NCBI GenBank assembly: GCA_964016885.1
Contig: OZ024743.1
Span: 180,792,001-180,856,000 of the forward strand
Direction: 5' to 3'
Length of the DNA: 64,000 nt
Source of the DNA: Eledone cirrhosa
Taxonomy: Eukaryota
Below, piece after piece: positions 49,199 through 60,217 of the stretch. Both the position numbers and the translations under genes were made by a program. The notes under the pieces are model-generated. The model had not been told where the DNA came from. It made no database searches and saw nothing but the letters and a program-made list of their open reading frames with translations. Position 1 is the stretch's first letter. Each line of letters starts with the position of its first letter.

Positions 49199-51229
49199 TG
49201 TGGTGGTGGTGTTGTAGTTGTAGTTGTTGTTGGTGGTGGTGTTGTAGTTGTAGTTGTTGTTGGTGGTGGTGTTGTAGTTGTAGTTGTTGTTGGTGGTGGT
49301 GTTGTAGTTGTAGGTGGTGGTGTTGTTGTAGTTGTAGTTGTTGTTGGTGGTGGTATTGTAGTAGTAGTTGTTGTTGGTGGTGGTGTTGTTGTTGTAGTTG
49401 TTGTTGTTGGTGGTGGTGTTGTAGTTGTTGTTGTTGTTGGTGGCGGTGTTGTAGTTGTTGTTGTTGGTGGTGGTGTTGTAGTTGTAGTTGTTGGTGTTGG
49501 TGGTGTTGTAGTTGTTGTTGTTGTTGGCGGTGGTGTTGTTGTTGTAGTTGTTGTTGGTGGCGGTGTTGTAGTTGTAGTTGTTGGTGGTGCTGTTGTAGTT
49601 GTAGTTGTTGTTGGTGGTGGTGTTGTAGTTGTAGTTGTTGTTGTTGGTGGTGGTGTTGTAGTTGTAGTTGTTGGTGGTGGTGTTGTAGTTGTTGTTGGTG
49701 GTGGTGTTGTAGTTGTAGTTGTTGTTGTTGTTGGTGGTGTTGTAGTTGTAGTTGTTGGTGGTGGTGTTGTAGTTGTTGTTGGTGGTGGTGTTGTAGTTGT
49801 AGTTGTTGTTGTTGGTGGTGGTGTTGTAGTTGTAGTTGTTGGTGGTGGTGTTGTAGTTGTAGTTGTTGGTCGTGGTGTTGTTGTAGTTGTTGTTGGTGGT
49901 GTTGTAGTTGTAGTTGTTGTTGTTGTAGTTGTTGTTGGTGGTGGTGTTGTAGTTGTTGGTGGTGGTGGTGGTGGTGTCGTAGTTGTTGTGGGTGGTGGTG
50001 GTGGTGGTGTTGTATTTGTAGTTGTTGTTGGTGGTGTTGTTGTTGTTGTAGTTGTTGTTGGTGGTGTTGTTGTTGTAGTTGTAGTTGTTGTTGGAGGTGG
50101 TGTTGTAGTTGTTGTTGGTGGTGGTGTTGTTGTTGTTGTAGTTGTTGTTGGTGGTGGTGGTGGTGTTGTTGTAGTTGTTGTTGTTGTAGTTGTAGTTGTT
50201 GGTGGCGGCGGTGTTGTTGTTGTAGTTGTTGTTGGTGGCGGTGTTGTTGTTGTTGTAGTTGTTGTTGGTGGTGGTGGTGGTGTTGTAGTTGTAGTTGTAG
50301 TTGTTGTTGGTGGTGTTGTAGTTGTAGTTGTTGTTGGTGGTGGTGTAGTTGTAGTTGTTGTTGGTGGTGGTGTTGTAGTTGTAGTTGTTGTTGGTGGTGG
50401 TGTTGTTGTTGTAGTTGTAGTTGTAGTTGTTGTTGGTGGTGTTGTAGTTGTAGTTGTTGTTGATGGTGGTGGTGTTGTAGTTGTAGTTGTTGTTGGTGGT
50501 GGTGTTGTTGTTGTAGTTGTTGTTGGTGGTGTTGTTGTTGTTGTTGTAGTTTTTGTTGTTGGTGGTGGTGTTGTTGTTGTAGTTGATGTTGGTGGTGGTG
50601 TTGTAGTTGTAGTTGTTGTTGGTGGTGGTGTTGTAGTTGTAGTTGTTGGTGGTGGTGGTGGTGTTGTAGTTGTAGTTGTTGGTGGTGGTGGTGGTGTTGT
50701 AGTTGTAGTTGGTGGTGGTGGTGGTGTTGTAGTTGTAGTTGTTGGTGTTGGTGGTGGTGTTGTTGTAGTTGTTGGTGGTGGTGGTGGTGTTGTAGTTGAA
50801 GTTGTTGGTGGTGGTGGTGTTGTAGTTGTAGTTGTTGGTGGTGGTGGTGGTGTTGTAGTTGTAGTTGTTGTTGGTGGTGGTGGTGTCGTTGTAGTTGTTG
50901 GTGGTGGTGGTGTTGTAGTTGTAGTTGTTGTTGGTGGTGGTGGTGTTGTTGTAGTTGTTGGTGGTGGTGGTGTTGTAGTTGTAGTTGTTGGTGGTGGTGG
51001 TGTTGTTGTTGTTGTTGTTGGTGGTGGTGGTGTTGTTGTTGGTGGTGGTGGTGGCGGTGTTGTTGTTGTAGTTGTTGTTGGTGGTGGTGGTGTTGTTGTA
51101 GTTGTTGGTGGTGGTGGTGTTGTAGTTGTAGTTGTTGGTGGTGGTGGTGTTGTTGTTGTTGGTGGTGGTGGTGGTGGTGTTGTTGTTGTAGTTGTTGTTG
51201 GTGGTGGTGTTGTTGTTGTTGTTGGTGGT

Positions 51230-54200
51230 GTTGTAGTTGTAGTTGTTGTTGGTGGCGGTGTTGTTGTTGTAGTTGTTGTTGGTGGTGGTGGTGGTGTTGT
51301 AGTTGTAGTTGTTGGTGGCGGTGGTGTTGTAGTTGTAGTTGTTGTTGGTGGTGGTGGCGGTGTTGTAGTTGTAGTTGTTGGTTGCGGTGCTGTTGTTGTA
51401 GTTGTTGTTGTTGTTGGTTGTGGTGTTGTTGTAGTTGTTGGTGGCGGTGGTGTTGTTGTTTTAGTTGTTGTTGGTGGTGGTGTTGTAGTTGTAGTTGTTG
51501 TTGGTGGCGGTGTTGTTGTTGTAGTTGTAGTTGTTGTTGGTGGTGGTGTTGTAGTTGTAGTTGTTGTTGGTGGTGGTGTTGTTGTTGTAGTTGTTGTTGG
51601 TGGCGGTGTTGTAGTTGTTGTTGGTGGTGTTGTTGTTGTTGTAGTTGTAGTTGTTGTTGGTGGTCTTGTTGTTGTTGTAGTTGTTGGTGCTGGTGGTGTT
51701 GTTGTAGTTGTTGTTGGTGGTGGTGGTGGTGTTGTTGTAGTTGTCGTTGTTGGTGGTGGTGGTGTTGTTGTAGTTGTTGTTGGTGGTGGTGTTGTTGTTG
51801 TAGTTGTTGTTGTTGGTGGTGGTGTTGTAGTTGTAGTTGTTGTTGGTGTGTTGTTGTTGTAGTTGTTGTTGGTGGTGGTGGTATTGTTGTTGTAGTTGTT
51901 GTTGGTGCTGGTGGTGGTGTTGTTGTAGTTGTTGTTGGTGGTGGTGGTGTTGTTGTTGTAGTTGTTGTTGGTGGTGTAGTTGTTGTTGTAGTTTTGTTGT
52001 TGTTGGTGGTGGTGTTGTAGTTGTAGTTGTTGTTGGTGTTGTTGTTGTTGTTGTAGTTGTAGTTGTTGTTGGTGGTGGTGTTGTAGTTGTAGTTGTTGTT
52101 GGTGGTGGTGTTGTTGTTGTAGCTGTTGTTGGTGGTGGTGTTGTTGTTGTTGTTGGTGGTGGTGTTGTAGTTGTAGTTGTTGTTGGTGGTGGTGTTGTAG
52201 TTGTAGTTGTTGTTGGTGGTGGTGTTGTTGTTGTAGTTGTTGTTGTTGGTGGTGGTGTTGTAGTTGTAGTTGTTGTTGGTGGTGGTGTTGTAGTTGTAGT
52301 TGTTGTTGTTGGAGGTGTTGTAGTTGTAGTTGTTGTTGGTGGTGGTGTTGTTGTTGTTGGTGGTGGTGTTGTAGTTGTAGATGTTGTTGGTGGTGGTGTT
52401 GTAGTTGTAGTTGTTGTTGGTGGTGGTGTTGTTGTTGTAGTTGTTGTTGTTGGTGGTGGTGTTGTAGTTGTAGTTGTTGTTGGTGGTGGTGTTGTTGTTG
52501 TAGTTGTTGTTGGTGGCGGTGTTGTTGTTGTAGTTGTGGTTGTTGTTGGTGGTGGTGTTGTTGTTGTAGTTGTTGTTGGTGGTGGTGTTGTTGTTGTAGT
52601 TGTTGTTGGTGGCGGTGTTGTAGTTGTAGTTGTTGGTGGTGGTGGTGGTGTTGTAGTTGTAGTTGTTGGTGGTGGTGGTGGTGTTGTAGTTGTAGTTGGT
52701 GGTGGTGGTGGTGTTGTAGTTGTAGTTGTTGGTGTTGGTGGTGGTGTTGTTGTAGTTGTTGTTGGTGGTGGTGGTGTTGTTGTAGTTGTTGTTGTTGGTG
52801 GTGTTGTAGTTGTAGTTGTTGTTGGTGGCGGTGTTGTTGTTGTAGTTGTTGTTGGTGGTGGTGGTGGTGTTGTAGTTGTAGTTGTTGGTGGCGGTGGTGT
52901 TGTAGTTGTAGTTGTTGTTGGTGGTGGTGTTGTTGTTGTAGTTGTTGTTGTTGGTGGTGTTGTAGTTGTAGTTGTTGTTGGTGGCGGTGTTGTTGTTGTA
53001 GTTGTTGTTGGTGGTGGTGGTGGTGTTGTAGTTGTAGTTGTTGGTGGCGGTGGTGTTGTAGTTGTAGTTGTTGTTGGTGGTGGTGGCGGTGTTGTAGTTG
53101 TAGTTGTTGGTTGCGGTGCTGTTGTTGTAGTTGTTGTTGTTGTTGGTTGTGGTGTTGTTGTAGTTGTTGGTGGCGGTGGTGTTGTTGTTTTAGTTGTTGT
53201 TGGTGGTGGTGTTGTAGTTGTAGTTGTTGTTGGTGGCGGTGTTGTTGTTGTAGTTGTAGTTGTTGTTGGTGGTGGTGTTGTAGTTGTAGTTGTTGTTGGT
53301 GGTGGTGTTGTTGTTGTAGTTGTTGTTGGTGGCGGTGTTTTAGTTGTAGTTGTTGTTGGTGGTGTTGTTGTTGTTGTAGTTGTAGTTGTTGTTGGTGGTC
53401 TTGTTGTTGTTGTAGTTGTTGGTGCTGGTGGTGTTGTTGTAGTTGTTGTTGGTGGTGGTGGTGGTGTTGTTGTAGTTGTCGTTGTTGGTGGTGGTGGTGT
53501 TGTTGTAGTTGTTGTTGGTGGTGGTGTTGTTGTTGTAGTTGTTGTTGTTGGTGGTGGTGTTGTAGTTGTAGTTGTTGTTGGTGTGTATTTGTTGTTGTAG
53601 TTGTTGTTGGTGCTGGTGGTGTTGTTGTAGTTGTTGTTGGTGGTGGTGGTATTGTTGTTGTAGTTGTTGTTGGTGCTGGTGGTGGTGTTGTTGTAGTTGT
53701 TGTTGGTGGTGGTGGTGTTGTTGTTGTAGTTGTTGTTGGTGGTGTAGTTGTTGTTGTAGTTTTGTTGTTGTTGGTGGTGGTGTTGTAGTTGTAGTTGTTG
53801 TTGGTGGTGTTGTTGTTGTTGTAGTTGTAGTTGTTGTTGGTGGTGGTGTTGTAGTTGTAGTTGTTGTTGGTGGTGGTGTTGTTGTTTTAGCTGTTGTTGG
53901 TGGTGGTGTTGTTGTTGTTGTTGGTGGTGGTGTTGTAGTTATAGTTGTTGTTGGTGGTGGTGTTGTAGTTGTAGTTGTTGTTGGTGGTGGTGTTGTTGTT
54001 GTAGTTGTTGTTGTTGGTGGTGGTGTTGTAGTTGTAGTTGTTGTTGGTGGTGGTGTTGTAGTTGTAGTTGTTGTTGTTGGAGGTGTTGTAGTTGTAGTTG
54101 TTGTTGGTGGTGGTGTTGTTGTTGTTGGTGGTGGTGTTGTAGTTGTAGATGTTGTTGGTGGTGTTGTTGTAGTTGTAGTTGTTGTTGGTGGTGGTGTTGT

Positions 54201-55057
54201 TGTTGTAGTTGTTGTTGTTGGTGGTGGTGTGTAGTTGTAGTTGTTGTTGGTGGTGGTGTTGTTGTTGTAGTTGTTGTTGGTGGCGGTGTTGTTGTTGTAG
54301 TTGTGGTTGTTGTTGGTGGTGGTGTTGTTGTTGTAGTTGTTGTTGGTGGTGGTGTTGTTGTTGTAGTTGTTGTTGGTGGCGGTGTTCTAGTTGTAGTTGT
54401 TGGTGGTGGTGGTGGTGTTGTAGTTGTAGTTGTTGGTGGTGGTGGTGGTGTTGTAGTTGTAGTTGGTGGTGGTGGTGGTGTTGTAGTTGTAGTTGTTGGT
54501 GTTGGTGGTGGTGTTGTTGTAGTTGTTGTTGGTGGTGGTGGTGTTGTAGTTGAAGTTGTTGGTGGTGGTGGTGTTGTAGTTGTAGTTGTTGGTTGTGGTG
54601 GTGGTGTTGTAGTTGTTGCTGGTGGTGGTGTTGTAGTTGTAGTTGTTGGTGGTGGTGGTGTTGTTGTTGTTGGTGGTGGTGGTGGTGGTGGTGTTGTTGT
54701 TGTAGTTGTTGTTGGTGGTGGTGTTGTTGTTGTTGTTGGTGGTGTTGTAGTTGTAGTTGTTGTTGGTGGCGGTGTTGTTGTTGTAGTTGTTGTTGGTGGT
54801 GGTGGTGGTGTTGTAGTTGTAGTTGTTGGTGGCGGTGGTGTTGTAGTTGTAGTTGTTGTTGGTGGTGGTGGTGGTGTTGTAGTTGTAGTTGTTGGTTGCG
54901 GTGCTTTTGTTGTAGTTGTTGTTGTTGTTGGTTGTGGTGTTGTTGTAGTTGGTGGTGGTGGTGGTGGTGTTGTTGTTGTAGTTGTTGTTGGTGGTGGTGG
55001 TGTTGTTGTAGTTGTTGGTGGTGGTGGTGTTGTAGTTGTAGTTGTTGGTGGTGGTGG

Positions 55058-55088
<31 letters not shown>

Positions 55089-56480
55089 GTTGTTGTTGGT
55101 GGTGGTGGTGGCGGTGTTGTTGTTGTAGTTGTTGTTGGTGGTGGTGGTGTTGTTGTAGTTGTTGGTGGTGGTGGTGTTGTAGTTGTAGTTGTTGGTGGTG
55201 GTGGTGGTGTTGTTGTTGGTGGTGGTGGTGGTGGTGTTGTTGTTGTAGTTGTTGTTGGTGGTGGTGTTGTTGTTGTTGTTGGTGGTGTTGTAGTTGTAGT
55301 TGTTGTTGGTGGCGGTGTTGTTGTTGTAGTTGTTGTTGGTGGTGGTGGTGGTGTTGTAGTTGTAGTTGTTGGTGGCGGTGGTGTTGTAGTTGTAGTTGTT
55401 GTTGGTGGTGGTGGCGGTGTTGTAGTTGTAGTTGTTGGTTGCGGTGCTGTTGTTGTAGTTGTTGTTGTTGTTGGTTGTGGTGTTGTTGTAGTTGTTGGTG
55501 GCGGTGGTGTTGTTGTTTTAGTTGTTGTTGGTGGTGGTGTTGTAGTTGTAGTTGTTGTTGGTGGCGGTGTTGTTGTTGTAGTTGTAGTTGTTGTTGGTGG
55601 TGGTGTTGTAGTTGTAGTTGTTGTTGGTGGTGGTGTTGTTGTTGTAGTTGTTGTTGGTGGCGGTGTTTTAGTTGTAGTTGTTGTTGGTGGTGTTGTTGTT
55701 GTTGTAGTTGTAGTTGTTGTTGGTGGTCTTGTTGTTGTTGTAGTTGTTGGTGCTGGTGGTGTTGTTGTAGTTGTTGTTGGTGGTGGTGGTGGTGTTGTTG
55801 TAGTTGTTGTTGTTGGTGGTGGTGGTGTTGTTGTAGTTGTTGTTGGTGGTGGTGTTGTTGTAGTAGTTGTTGTTGTTGGTGGTGGTGTTGTATTTGTAGT
55901 TGTTGTTGGTGTGTTGTTGTTGTTGTAGTTGTTGTTGGTGCTGGTGGTGTTGTTGTAGTTGTTGTTGGTGGTGGTGGTATTGTTGTTGTAGTTGTTGTTG
56001 GTGGTGTAGTTGTTGTTGTAGTTTTGTTGTTGTTGGTGGTGGTGTTGTAGTTGTAGTTGTTGTTGGTGGTGTTGTTGTTGTTGTAGTTGTAGTTGTTGTT
56101 GGTGGTGGTGTTGTAGTTGTAGTTGTTGTTGGTGGTGGTGTTGTTGTTGTAGCTGTTGTTGGTGGTGGTGTTGTTGTTGTTGTTGGTGGTGGTGTTGTAG
56201 TTGTAGTTGTTGTTGGTGGTGGTGTTGTAGTTGTAGTTGTTGTTGGTGGTGGTGTTGTTGTTGTAGTTGTTGTTGTTGGTGGTGGTGTTGTAGTTGTAGT
56301 TGTTGTTGGTGGTGGTGTTGTAGTTGTAGTTGTTGTTGTTGGAGGTGTTGTAGTTGTAGTTGTTGTTGGTGGTGGTGTTGTTGTTGTTGGTGGTGGTGTT
56401 GTAGTTGTAGTTGTTGTTGGTGGTGGTGTTGTAGTTGTAGTTGTTGTTGGTGGTGGTGTTGTTGTTGTAGTTGTTGTTGT
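51230..56480 (+). repeat. Three related copies of a ~1.2-1.7-kb block (offsets ~1,730 and ~2,330)
   Basis: The marker GGTCTTGTT occurs at ~51662, ~53397 and ~55725. Each is preceded by GGTTGCGGTGCTG and followed by the same two phase-shift motifs. ORFs start at 51837, 53572 and 55900. Confidence 0.85.
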
Positions 56481-59400
56481 TGGTGGTGGTGTTGTAGTTG
56501 TTGTTGGTGGTGGTGTTGTAGTTGTAGTTGTTGTTGGTGGTGGTGTTGTTGTTGTAGTTGTTGTTGGTGGTGGTGTTGTTGTTGTTGGTGGTGGTGTTGT
56601 AGTTGTAATTGTTGTTGGTGGTGGTGTTGTAGTTGTAGTTGTTGGTGGTGGTGTTGTTGTTGTTGTAGTTGTTGTTGGTGGTGGTGGTGTTGTTGTTGTA
56701 GTCGTTGTTGGTGGTGGTGTTGTAGTTGTAGTTGTTGGTGGTGGTGGTGTTGTTGTTGTTGTAGTTGTTGTTGGTGGTGGTGTTATTGTTGTTGTTGGTG
56801 GTGGTGTTGTTATTGTAGTTGTTGTTGGTGGTGGTGTTGTAGTTGTAGTTGTTGGTGGTGGTGGTGTTGTAGTTCTAGTTGTTGGTGTTGGTGGTGTTGT
56901 AGTTGTAGTTGTTGTTGGTGGTGGTGTTGTAGTTGTAGTTGTTGGTGGTGGTGTTGTTGTAGTTGTAGTTGGTGGTGGTGGTGGTGGTGTTGTAGTTGTT
57001 GTTGTTGTTGGTGGTGGTGTTGTAGTTGTAGTTGTTGTTTTTGGTGGTGGTGTTGTTGTAGTTGTTGTTGGTGGTGGTGGTGTAGTTGTAGTTGTTGTTG
57101 TTGGTGGTGGTGTTGTAGTTGTTGTTGGTGGTGGTGTTGTAGTTGTTGGTGGTGGTGTTGTTGTAGTTGTAGTTGGTGGTGGTGTTGTAGTTGTAGTTGT
57201 TGTTGGTGGCGGTGTTGTTGTTGTTGTTGGTGGTGGTGTTGTTGTTGTAGTTGGTGGTGGTGGTGGTGTTGTTGTTGTTGTAGTTGTTGTTGTTGGTGGT
57301 GTTGTAGTTGTAGCTGTTGTTGTTGGTGGTGGTGTTGTAGTTGTAGTTGTTGTTGGTGGTGGTGTTGTAGTTGCTGTTGCTGGTGTTGTTGTAGTTGTTG
57401 TTGGTGGTGGTGGTGTTGTTGTAGTTGTTGTTGGTGGCGGTGTTGTAGTTGTAGTTGTTGTTGGTGGTGGTGTTGTAGTCGTAGTTGTTGTTGGTGGCGG
57501 TGTTGTTGTTGTAGTTGTGGTTGTTGTTGGTGGTGGTGTTGTAGTTGTAGTTGTTGTTGGTAGCGGTGTTGTTGTTGTTGTAGTTGTAGTTGTTGTTGGA
57601 GGTGGTGTTGTAGTTGTTGTTGTTGGTGGTGGTGTTGTAGTTGTTGTTGGTGGTGGTGTTGTAGTTGTAGTTGTTGTTGGAGGTGGGTTGTAGTTGTTGT
57701 TGGTGGTGGTGTTGTAGTTGTAGTTGTTGTTGGAGGTGGTGTTGTAGTTGTTGTTGGTGGTGGTGTTGTAGTTGTTGGTGGTGGTGTTGTTGTAGTTGTA
57801 GTTGGTGGTGGTGTTGTAGTTGTAGTTGTTGTTGGTGGCGGTGTTGTTGTTGTTGTTGGTGGTGGTGTTGTTGTTGTAGTTGGTGGTGGTGGTGGTGTTG
57901 TTGTTGTTGTAGTTGTTGTTGTTGGTGGTGTTGTAGTTGTAGCTGTTGTTGTTGGTGGTGGTGTTGTAGTTGTAGTTGTTGTTGGTGGTGGTGTTGTAGT
58001 TGTTGTTGCTGGTGTTGTTGTAGTTGTTGTTGGTGGTGGTGGTGTTGTTGTAGTTGTTGTTGGTGGCGGTGTTGTAGTTGTAGTTGTTGTTGGTGGTGGT
58101 GTTGTAGTCGTAGTTGTTGTTGGTGGCGGTGTTGTTGTTGTTTTAGTTGTTGTTGTTGGTGGTGGTGGTGTTGTAGTTGTAGTTGTTGTTGGTGGTGGTG
58201 TTGTAGTTGTAGTTGTTGTTGGTGGTGGTGTTGTAGTTGTTGTTGTTGTTGTTGGTGGTGGTGTTGTAGTTGTTGCTGGTGGCGGTGTTGTATTTGTTGC
58301 TGGTGGTGGTGTTGTTGTTGTAGTTGGTGGTGGTGGTGGTGGTGTTGTTGTTGTAGTTGGTGGTGGTGGTGGTGTTGTTGTTGTAGTTGTTGTTGGTGGT
58401 GGTGTTGTAGTTGTAGTTGTTGTTGGTGGTGGTGTTGTAGTTGTAGTTGTTGTTGGTAGTGGTGTTGTAGTTGTAGTTGTTGTTGGTGTTGGTGTTGTAG
58501 TTGTAGTTGTTGTTGTTGGTGGTGTTGTTGTTGTAGTTGTTGTTTGTGGTGGTGTTGTAGTTGTAGTTGGTGGTGGTGTTGTTGTTGTAGTTGTTGTTGT
58601 TGGTGGTGTTGTAGTTGTAGCTGTTATTGTTGGTGGTGGTGTTGTAGTTGTAGTTGTTGTTGGTGGTGGTGTTGTAGTTGTTGTTGGTGGTGTTGTTGTA
58701 GTTGTTGTTGGTGGTGGTGGTGTTGTTGTAGTTGTTGCTGGTGGTGGTGTTGTAGTTGTAGTTGTTGTTGGTGGTGGTGTTGTAGTTGTAGTTGTTGTTG
58801 GTGGCGGTGTTGTTGTTGTTGTAGTTGTTGTTGGTGGTGGTGGTGTTGTAGTTGTAGTTGTTGTTGGTGGTGGTGTTGTAGTTGTAGTTGTTGTTGGTGG
58901 TGGTGTTGTAGTTGTAGTTGTTGTTGGTGGTGGTGTTGTAGTTGTAGTTGTTGTTGGTGGTGGTGTTGTATTTGTTGTTGTTGTTGTTGGTGGTGGTGTT
59001 GTAGTTGTTGCTGGTGGCGGTGTTGTATTTGTTGCTGGTGGTGGTGGTGTTGTAGTTGTAGTTGTTGGTGGTGTTGTAGTTGTAGTTGGTGGTGGTGTTG
59101 TTGTTGTAGTTGGTGGTGGTGGTGTTGTTGTTGTTGTAGTTGTTGTTGTTGGTGGTGTTGTAGTTGTAGCTGTTGTTGTTGGTGGTGGTGTTGTAGTTGT
59201 AGTTGTTGTTGGTGGTGGTGTTGTTGTTGTAGTTGGTGGTGGTGGTTTTGTTGTAGTTGTTGTTGGTGGTGGTGTTGTAGTTGTAGTTGTTGTTGTTGGT
59301 GGTGGTGGTGTTGTTGTAGTTGTTGTTGGTGGTGGTGTTGTAGTTGTAGTTGTTGTTGGTGGTGGTGGTGTTGTTGTTGTAGTTGGTGGTGGTGGTGGTG

Positions 59401-60217
59401 TTGTTGTTGTAGTTGTTGTTGGTGGTGGTGTTGTAGTTGTAGTTGTTGTTGGTGGTGGTGTTGTAGTTGTAGTTGTTTTTTGGTGGTGGTGTTGTAGTTG
59501 TAGTTGTTGTTGGTGTTGGTGTTGTAGTTGTAGTTGTTGTTGGTGGTGGTGTTGTTGTTGTAGTTGGTGGTGGTGGTGGTGTTGTTGTTTTAGTTGTAGT
59601 TATTGTTGGTGGTGTTGTTGTTGTAGTTGTTGTTGGTGGTATTGTTGTAGTTGTAGTTGTAGTTGGTGGTGGTATTGTTGTTGTAGTTGTTGTTGGTGGT
59701 GGTGGTGTTGTAGTTGTAGTTGTTGGTGGTGGTGGTGTTGTTGTTGTTGTTGGTGGTGGTGGTGTTGTAGCTGTAGTTGTTGTTGGTGGTGGTGTTGTAG
59801 TTGTAGTTGTTGTTGGTGGTGGTGTTGTAGTTGTAGTTGTTGTTGGTGGTGGTGTTGTAGTTGTAGTTGTAGTTGGTGGTGGTGTTGTAGTTGTAGGTGG
59901 TGGTGTTGTTGTAGTTGTAGTTGTTGTTGGTGGTGGTATTGTAGTAGTAGTTGTTGTTGGTGGTGGTGTTGTTGTTGTAGTTGTTGTTGTTGGTGGTGGT
60001 GTTGTAGTTGTTGTTGTTGTTGGTGGCGGTGTTGTAGTTGTTGTTGTTGGTGGTGGTGGTGTTGTAGTTGTAGTTGTTGGTGTTGGTGGTGTTGTAGTTG
60101 TTGTTGTTGGTGGTGGTGGTGTTGTTGTTGTAGTTGTTGTTGGTGGCGGTGTTGTAGTTGTAGTTGTTGGTGGTGGTGGTGTTGTAGTTGTTGTTGTTGG
60201 TGGTGGTGGTGTTTTGT

